From: Actinomycetota bacterium
GTDB lineage: Bacteria > Actinomycetota > UBA4738 > HRBIN12
NCBI GenBank assembly: GCA_036395715.1
Contig: DASWDB010000141.1
Location: 1 to 60,387 of the forward strand
Reading direction: 5' to 3'
Length of the DNA: 60,387 nt
This document shows positions 54,602-60,387 of the stretch, piece after piece. The translations under genes were made by a program, and so were the position numbers. The notes beneath the pieces were generated by a model. It searched no databases. It was not told the origin of the DNA and saw only the letters and a list, made by a program, of their open reading frames with translations. Each line of letters starts with the position of its first letter. Within the stretch, counting starts at the first letter, position 1.

Positions 54602-55842
54602 GGTGCCTCCACCCCTTTCACGACGTGGCCACCCTTCATCACGAACGGGACGTCCTCCAGCAACGTGACGTCGTCCGTCGGATCACCCGGCACGGCGATA
54701 AGGTCCGCGAACAGACCCGGCTCGATCGTGCCGACGCGGTCCTCCCACCCCATCAGCTCCGCCGTCCAGCGGGTCGCGCTCTGGATCGCCTGCGTTGGGG
54801 TCAGACCGAACCGAACGTACAGCGCCAGGTTCTTCGCGTTCCAGCCGTGTGGTGCGATCCCCGAGTCGGTTCCGTTCGCGATGCGCACACCGGCCTTCAC
54901 GCATCTCGTGAACCCCTCGCGCTGGGCGTCGTTGGTGAGGCGCGTCTTGCCCAGCACCTCCTCGCTGTACCCGAGGACCGGACCCTCCTCGAGCATGTAG
55001 TCGCCGTCGTACATGTCGGCGACCAGATACGTCCCGCGTTCCGCCATCAGCTCGATCGCTTCGTCGTCCATCATGGAGCCGTGTTCGATCGACCGGACGC
55101 CCGCGCGGACCGCACGCTTGATCCCTTCCGCCCCGTGCGCATGCGCCGCGACGAACGTCTCCGCGAGCTCGCACTCCTCGACGGCGGCCCGGAGCTCTGC
55201 CTCGGTGAACTCGGGGAGCCCGGGGTTCGTCCCGGAGGTCAGCACGGCCCCCGTCGCGAGCACCTTGATGAAGTCCGCTCCGTACCGGAGGATCTGGCGA
55301 ACGTTCGTGCGCATCTGATCGACGCCGCTCGTCACGCCGAACCGGAGCTCGCGTGGGACGACCGTATCGACGTCGGGAGCGAGCCCGGTGAGGTCGCCCG
55401 CGCCGCCCGGGCACGTCACGTAGGCGCCGGCGCAGAGCATCCGGGGGCCCTCGACCCAGCCCGCCTCGATCGCGTCGCGCAGGGCAACGTCGACGAAGGC
55501 GCGGAAGGTTCCGACGTCGCGGACGGTCGTGAAGCCGGCGAGCAAGGTGTCGCGGGCGTTCTTGACCCCGGTCAGCGCCTCCTGGGCGCCCGTGCGGGTG
55601 ACCAGCGAGGCGTACCCCTGACCGCTGTCCTGGAGCCCGATCAGGTGGCTGTGCGCATCCATCAGCCCGGGCAACAGCGTCGAGCCGTCCAGGCGGATCA
55701 CGCGACCGCCGTCGGGGACATCCGTTGCCGCGATGAGCCCTTCGATCCGCTCGCCGTTGACGACGACGGCCCGGTCGCGCAGCGACTCGCCGCGCACGGT
55801 GTCGATCACGCGGTCGGGAACGAGGATCACGCGTTGGACCAT
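54598..55842 (-). CDS. Metal-dependent amidohydrolase family protein
   Basis: Starts at MVQRVILVPDRV. LLPGLMDAHSHL (HxH metal site), FIKVLATG, VAAHAHG, SIEHGS, NGTDSG. Confidence 0.85.
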   Translation of the reverse strand: MVQRVILVPDRVIDTVRGESLRDRAVVVNGERIEGLIAATDVPDGGRVIRLDGSTLLPGLMDAHSHLIGLQDSGQGYASLVTRTGAQEALTGVKNARDTLLAGFTTVRDVGTFRAFVDVALRDAIEAGWVEGPRMLCAGAYVTCPGGAGDLTGLAPDVDTVVPRELRFGVTSGVDQMRTNVRQILRYGADFIKVLATGAVLTSGTNPGLPEFTEAELRAAVEECELAETFVAAHAHGAEGIKRAVRAGVRSIEHGSMMDDEAIELMAERGTYLVADMYDGDYMLEEGPVLGYSEEVLGKTRLTNDAQREGFTRCVKAGVRIANGTDSGIAPHGWNAKNLALYVRFGLTPTQAIQSATRWTAELMGWEDRVGTIEPGLFADLIAVPGDPTDDVTLLEDVPFVMKGGHVVKGVEAP

Positions 55843-56235
55843 CGTCGGCGAGCATAGCGACGCTGTCCCCCGGACGGCCGAGACCCGAAACCCGACCAAC
55901 GGGCGATGCCGCGTCGCGGCGCCGTGACCGATACCTGAAACGTGGTACGCACCGGCTTCCTCTCCGGCCGATCGTCCACCGCCCGCATGGCGATCGCCGC
56001 GGCGCCGGTGGCCTTCTTGGCACCGACGTCGTCGGTGATCGCCGGGCGAAACGGACGACCGGACAGGGACCCGGTCGGACCGAGGGGGGTACGAGGTGTC
56101 GCGTCGTCTGGCGCCCGTTCCGGTCCCACCGCACACGCGGATGACCGGGGATGGGTCGAGAGGCAACCGGGATGGGAGGTGGCGCGACCGGCCGCGTGAT
56201 GGTCCCGGTAGGCGAGTTCGCGGAGTGTCTGCTGC

Positions 56236-56270
56236 CCGCGGATAGAGGACTCGGTTGCCGGGATCCGCGG
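56236..56270 (-). terminator. Hairpin (8-bp stem, 19-nt loop) 12 nt downstream of the response-regulator stop
   Basis: ccgcggat ... atccgcgg read directly. There is no U-tract, so this is only a candidate. Confidence 0.3.
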
Positions 56271-56281
56271 CCGTCCCGTCG

Positions 56282-56929
56282 CTAGACGAGCCTGCGGTCC
56301 GCCGCCCACCGTGACAGCTCGTGCCGGCTCGACAGCTGGAGCTTCCGCAGCACGGACGACACGTGGGACTCGACGGTCTTGATCGAGATGAACAGCTCGC
56401 CGCCGACGTCTCGATAGGAGTACCCGCGGGCGATCAGCCGGAGGACCTCCCGTTCGCGCGGCGTCAGTTGCTCGATATCGGGATCAAGCGCCCCCGGCGG
56501 GGGCGACCCCGCGAAAGCGTCGAGCACGAACCCCGCGAGAAGCGGAGAGAACACGGCGTCGCCCTCGTGGATCCGCCGGATCGCGTCGACGAGCTCGTCT
56601 GGCGCGATCGTCTTCGTCACGTATCCCCTGGCACCCGCTCGGATCACGCCGATCACGTCCTCCGCGGCATCGGACACCGAGAGAGCGAGGAACCGCGCTT
56701 TCCCGCCTGCCGCGCGCACGCCCTCGATCACTACCGCTCCCCCGCCGTCGGGCATGTGAACGTCGACGACGACCACGTCGGGTGATGTCCGGACGATCCC
56801 CTCGACCGCTGCGTCGACCGACTCGGCGTCGCCCACGATCGCGAAGGCCCGACCGAGCTCGCTCCTGACGCCTGAGAGGAACAGCCGGTGATCGTCGACC
56901 ACGAACACACGGATGGCCGCGTCGCTCAC
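56282..56929 (-). CDS. NarL/FixJ (LuxR)-family response regulator
   Basis: GTG start forms a GTGA overlap with the kinase stop. IRVFVVDDHRLF...DVVVVDVHMPDGGG is the receiver domain. LTPREREVLRLIARGYSYRDVGGELFISIKTVESHVSSVLRKL is the HTH. Confidence 0.9.
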   Translation of the reverse strand: MSDAAIRVFVVDDHRLFLSGVRSELGRAFAIVGDAESVDAAVEGIVRTSPDVVVVDVHMPDGGGAVVIEGVRAAGGKARFLALSVSDAAEDVIGVIRAGARGYVTKTIAPDELVDAIRRIHEGDAVFSPLLAGFVLDAFAGSPPPGALDPDIEQLTPREREVLRLIARGYSYRDVGGELFISIKTVESHVSSVLRKLQLSSRHELSRWAADRRLV

Positions 56930-58107
56930 GTGGTCGACCTCGGAACGCTCAGGCGGACCTCCGTACCGGCGCCGGGCGTGCTCGTGACCTCGGCACGTCC
57001 CCCGACGCTTTCGATCCGTCCCTCGATCGAGTCCGCGATGCCACGTCGATCTGCGCCGACGGAAGCGCGATCGAACCCTCCGCCCAGATCGCGGACGTAT
57101 GCCGTCATGCGATCCGGCTCGATCTCGACGAACAATGAGGCGGTGGAGGCACCCGAGTGCCGCGCCGCGTTCACGAGCGCCTCCCGAGCCGCCGCGAGCA
57201 GGGCGCGCGCCTCGTCGTCGATCCGGGCATCGCCGACGCTCACCGCCTCGATCGTGATCGCGTGCTCCCGCTCGATCTGGTCGACCAGGCCGTCGATCGC
57301 GCCGGACACGCTCGTGTGATCGGTGGGGCTCGTCCGGCCGTAGAGCCAGGAACGGAGCTCGCGCTCCTGGGTCCGCGCAAGGGTGGACATCCGCCGCGGA
57401 TCGCCCGAGCGCTGGATCAGCGCGAGCGTCTGCAGGACGGAGTCGTGCAGATGCGCGGAGATGGCGGCACGCTCCTGCGACCGGATCCGTTCGCGCCGCT
57501 CGTCCGCCAATTGGCGGACGAGCCGCGCGACCCACGGACCCACGATCACGACGACGCCGACGATCGCGGCCGCGGCCGCGAGCGGCGCGTTCGCGAGGAG
57601 GCCCGATCGCCGACCGGACACGAGGAACAACGACACGCCCGACCCGATCAGCAGCACGCCCGCGACCGTCCGGACCGGCGCACCGTGGCCGCGGGCGAGG
57701 ATCGAGGCGAGCCGCGACCCTCCAACGTCGGCCCGGCTCCACAGCACGGCGGATCCGATCGCGCCGAGGGCCATCGGCCAGACGACCCCGTCACCGAACC
57801 ACAGGCCGGCATCCCGCAGGATCAATAGGACGCCCGCGAGTATCGCGGCGAACGCGATCGTCGGACGAAGCCGGGCCCGGCGCGGCGCCGGGCCCGGCTG
57901 CGCCGGAACGGGGTCGACCGAGACGAGGATCCCCACCAGGTACAGGACGAAGCCGATCCCGCCGGCGAGAACGAGGAGGCCGAACCCGAGCCTGACCACG
58001 ATCGGATCGACGCCGATCCGCTCACCGATCCCACCGGCGACGCCGAGCACCACCCGATCGGTCGAGCTCCGGCTCAGCCGGCCCAGGGTCGTCGTGCGGA
58101 GGTCCAC
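56926..58107 (-). CDS. Sensor histidine kinase with an N-terminal PspC domain (HisKA_3/LiaS-like)
   Basis: RLSRSSTDRVVLGVAGGIGERIGVDPIVVRLGFGLLVLAGGIGFVLYLV is the PspC domain. AISAHLHDSVLQTLALI is the H-box. HATPase_c motifs are LVNAARHS and DLGGGF. Confidence 0.88.
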   Translation of the reverse strand: MDLRTTTLGRLSRSSTDRVVLGVAGGIGERIGVDPIVVRLGFGLLVLAGGIGFVLYLVGILVSVDPVPAQPGPAPRRARLRPTIAFAAILAGVLLILRDAGLWFGDGVVWPMALGAIGSAVLWSRADVGGSRLASILARGHGAPVRTVAGVLLIGSGVSLFLVSGRRSGLLANAPLAAAAAIVGVVVIVGPWVARLVRQLADERRERIRSQERAAISAHLHDSVLQTLALIQRSGDPRRMSTLARTQERELRSWLYGRTSPTDHTSVSGAIDGLVDQIEREHAITIEAVSVGDARIDDEARALLAAAREALVNAARHSGASTASLFVEIEPDRMTAYVRDLGGGFDRASVGADRRGIADSIEGRIESVGGRAEVTSTPGAGTEVRLSVPRSTT

Positions 58108-58228
58108 GGTCGGATGTTCGCACGGAGGCGCTCGACCGGCATCGGAGCGATCCCCTGAGCCTCTCCGTCAGAACTCAGGGTTCATCCGGGGGCGTTCCCC
58201 GATGGCGCCGGCGGCCCGCGGCCGCACG

Positions 58229-59587
58229 ATGCGATCCATGGACGAACCGGCCACGACGCCGACGCAAGTCCGGCGGTGGTCGCGACGCTCCACGGACCGC
58301 TGGTTCGCCGGGGTGGCGAGCGGCGTCGCGGACGGCCTCGACGTCGAACCGTGGGTGGTTCGGCTCGGGTTCGTGGTGGGGACAGTGATCGGCGGCGTGG
58401 GTGTCTTGGTGTACGCCTTCCTGTGGTGGCTGCTGCCTCGGCGCGACCTCCCGGACTCCGCGGCGCAGCGGATGTCGACGCGGTTCCCGGGCGCGCCGAC
58501 GTGGCTCGGGGTCGGGCTCCTCGTCGTGGGTGTGATGCTCTTCGCCGGCCAGCTCGGGTGGTGGCGGCCTTCGCTCGTGTTCGCGTTCCTGCTTATCGGG
58601 CTCGGCGTCCTCCTGTTCCGTGGTCAGACGTCGGAGGGGATCGGTCCGTCGCCCCCGTCGGACGGCGATCGCCCTTCGGCGCGAGACACGGACCCCTTGC
58701 CGACGCCACCGGTCACGCCCGTCGAGCGTCCTGCGGCGCCTTCCCCGCCGCAGGACGCTCGGGAACGTTGGTTCCTCGGGCTTGTGGGTGGCGCGCTCGC
58801 GCTGGGCCTCCTCGCGATGGTGCGGTTGATGCAGCGGGGGAGCCTGCAAGACATCGGCGGAGAGGTCGGGCTGCTGATCCTCGCCGCGGTCCTGCTGGTC
58901 GTCGGACTCGTGATGCGGGGCCGTCAACCGAAGGAGCGCGGCCGTTCGTTCCTCCTCCCGCTCACGACCGGGGTGGCGCTGCTGGCGCTCGGGATCGCCG
59001 CGCTCCTCGATCTGATCGGTGCGATCAGCCTCACCGTGGGCGGCGGCTTCGCCATCGTGCTTCTCGTGGTGGGGACCGGGCTCTGCGTCGGCGCGTGGTA
59101 CGGACGGGCTCGGTGGCTGATCCTCCCGGCGATCCTCCTCGCACCGCTGGCGCTGCTCGCGACGGTGATCACGATCCCGCTCGACCAGGGGTTCGGTGAT
59201 CGGTCGTTCGCGGTGACGCGGGCCGATCAGCTGCCGGCGAGCTACGCGGTCGCGGGCGGCACGCTGCGGGTCGATCTCACGAGCCTGCCGCCCGGAACGG
59301 ATCCGGCCGCGATCACGGCGGAGATGGGGGCCGGCAAGCTCCAGATCCTCGTCCCATCGGGTGCGGACCTCAGGGTGACGGGCGATGTCGGCGTCGGAGG
59401 ATATTCGGTCGCAACGATCCGCCGGCGGAAGTACTACTGGGTCGACGTGAGCCGACGGACCCGGGGTGGTGTGGATATGACGATCGACGAATCGATCGAG
59501 GGGACGGGTGGTGATCGTCCGATCAAGCTCTCCGTGCACACCTCGGCCGGCGAGGTCGAGATCGACCGGGTGATGACCAGCACATGA
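58229..59587 (+). CDS. PspC domain membrane protein with polytopic middle region and a LiaF-like C-terminal domain
   Basis: RRSTDRWFAGVASGVADGLDVEPWVVRLGFVVGTVIGGVGVLVYAFLWWLLP is the PspC domain. Several TM helices follow. The C-terminal beta-rich part reads TLRVDLTSLPPG...GAGKLQILVPSGADLRVTGDVGVGGYSV. The ATG at 58238 is an alternative start. Confidence 0.85.
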   Translation: MRSMDEPATTPTQVRRWSRRSTDRWFAGVASGVADGLDVEPWVVRLGFVVGTVIGGVGVLVYAFLWWLLPRRDLPDSAAQRMSTRFPGAPTWLGVGLLVVGVMLFAGQLGWWRPSLVFAFLLIGLGVLLFRGQTSEGIGPSPPSDGDRPSARDTDPLPTPPVTPVERPAAPSPPQDARERWFLGLVGGALALGLLAMVRLMQRGSLQDIGGEVGLLILAAVLLVVGLVMRGRQPKERGRSFLLPLTTGVALLALGIAALLDLIGAISLTVGGGFAIVLLVVGTGLCVGAWYGRARWLILPAILLAPLALLATVITIPLDQGFGDRSFAVTRADQLPASYAVAGGTLRVDLTSLPPGTDPAAITAEMGAGKLQILVPSGADLRVTGDVGVGGYSVATIRRRKYYWVDVSRRTRGGVDMTIDESIEGTGGDRPIKLSVHTSAGEVEIDRVMTST

Positions 59588-59817
59588 AGCCTCATCGCTT
59601 CGATCCGCTGTCGTTCGTGGCCGGTGCCGTACTCGTGATCTACGCGGCGGTCCTCCTGTTCGGCCACGTGCGGCTCCACGAGCTCCGCCCGTCCGTCCTT
59701 TGGATCTGGCCGGTGCTGGCGTTCGGCGCGCTACTCACGCTCTACGGCGCACGCAGGCTCTGGGAATCGCGCGAGTCGGAGCCACCGACGGAGGACGAAG
59801 CCACGGAGGAGATCTGA
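59584..59817 (+). CDS. Small two-TM membrane protein with an acidic tail (77 aa)
   Basis: ATGA overlap with the PspC gene. LSFVAGAVLVIYAAVLLF and VLWIWPVLAFGALLTLYG, tail ESEPPTEDEATEEI. Confidence 0.65.
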   Translation: MKPHRFDPLSFVAGAVLVIYAAVLLFGHVRLHELRPSVLWIWPVLAFGALLTLYGARRLWESRESEPPTEDEATEEI

Positions 59818-59818
59818 C

Positions 59819-60387
59819 TCAGCCGAGGTCGGGGAGCGCGGCGTTGACCGCCTTCCGGAGCTCCGCGCCGTCGAACGACCGGCCGTGTCCGCTGTGCACG
59901 ACGCGGACGTCCAGGTCTCGTAGCCGCTCGAGCGACGCCGCGAACGCTTCCGGATCGTTCCACCCGAGCCTCGCATCGACGTAGATCGCATCGCCCGTGA
60001 AGATCGTTCCGCTCGCGTCGTCCAACAGACAGATCGAGCCGGCCGTGTGTCCGGGGGTGTGGAGCACGACGAACGAACGATCGCCCAGATCGATCGCATC
60101 GCCCTCGTCGACGAAGCTCGTCGCTTCGGTGGGAGGCGTGGTCCAGCCGGCGACGCCGAAACCGGCGTCGGGCACCGCGCTCAGCGCCACGACGTCCGGC
60201 AGCGGGGAGCCGTACCAGGCGAAATCCTCTACGAGCCAATCCGGGAACTGCTCGCGCACCAGCCGCAACCCTGCCGGATCGGGCATCGCCGCATCCGCAC
60301 GGTGGCAGCGGCGGTCGTCGAACTCGTGCAGGCCCCCGACGTGATCGAAGTGTCCATGCGTGGCGATCGCGACGACCGGTCGCCCGT
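59819..60387 (-). CDS. MBL-fold metallo-hydrolase (partial; N-terminus lies right of the window)
   Basis: My own translation continues in frame past the track's ATG (60286) to the window edge: GRPVVAIATHGHFDHVGGLHEF (HxHxDH motif). Further downstream: VLHTPGHTAGSICLL and VVHSGHG. Confidence 0.85.
   Translation of the reverse strand, partial: GRPVVAIATHGHFDHVGGLHEFDDRRCHRADAAMPDPAGLRLVREQFPDWLVEDFAWYGSPLPDVVALSAVPDAGFGVAGWTTPPTEATSFVDEGDAIDLGDRSFVVLHTPGHTAGSICLLDDASGTIFTGDAIYVDARLGWNDPEAFAASLERLRDLDVRVVHSGHGRSFDGAELRKAVNAALPDLG

Noticed and set aside
55980-56040. Possible cobalamin or other riboswitch in the 439-bp gap (ggtgcc...aagaaggccaccgg on the minus strand).
   Set aside because: I could not find the B12 box or the conserved cores of the riboswitch classes I know. 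The downstream gene (an amidohydrolase) is not a typical riboswitch target. I kept only the generic flag that this gap is unexplained.
55827-56309. 160-aa minus-strand ORF and 85-aa plus-strand ORF (55942..56199) within the gap.
   Set aside because: They are mutually antisense. Both overlap flanking real genes or lack an SD, and both have Arg/Pro/Gly-rich translations without motifs. I cannot exclude a small protein, but it is not supportable as a feature.
1-60387. Search for CRISPR arrays, IS elements, integrases, prophage or defence-island signatures, and long direct repeats.
   Set aside because: I saw none on reading both strands. GC content and coding style look uniform apart from short AT-richer intergenic patches (about 14050-14300, 16880-17050 and 40600-40720). 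A by-eye scan cannot exclude short or degenerate repeats.

Overview
This is a high-GC (roughly 70%) chromosomal segment with Actinomycetota-like gene content. Coding is very dense: I call about 57 CDS, many joined by ATGA/GTGA 4-nt start/stop overlaps. Reading by eye, I recognised no rRNA, tRNA, CRISPR array, transposase, integrase or phage genes, so it looks like core or accessory metabolism rather than a mobile island.

Content from left to right:
- An orphan GlcF-like Fe-S protein.
- A form II CO-dehydrogenase/xanthine-dehydrogenase-family cluster: coxS-coxL-coxM, an MscS channel, coxD, coxE, and divergently xdhC-coxG-mocA. Three paralogous membrane-anchored Cys-pair proteins flank it.
- An AslB-like anaerobic sulfatase-maturating radical SAM enzyme with a SEC-C tail, next to SHOCT and DUF6325 genes.
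- A LAL/LuxR regulator with two AhpD-like genes.
- cydABDC.
- A five-gene overlapping operon: zwf (frameshifted), GH15, mutarotase, NDH-2 and a GMC oxidoreductase.
- gad coupled to a DUF1345 gene.
- A cytoplasmic Cys-type arylsulfatase, a DUF2252 gene, and SulP and MFS transporters.
- A GNAT and nitrilase pair.
- An acyl-CoA module: an ACS-like ligase divergent from thiolase-like, VOC, thiolase-like::DUF35, DUF35 and ACAD genes.
- YceI/HxlR, and an aminotransferase-amidohydrolase pair.
- A PspC-domain histidine kinase, LuxR response regulator and PspC membrane-protein envelope-stress module.

The candidates I consider most worth follow-up are the Cys/His-less thiolase-like/DUF35 module, the triplicated Cys-pair proteins around the cox cluster, the gad-DUF1345 coupling, and the homopolymer frameshift in zwf.

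All family calls rest on motif recognition in the translations. No database search was possible.
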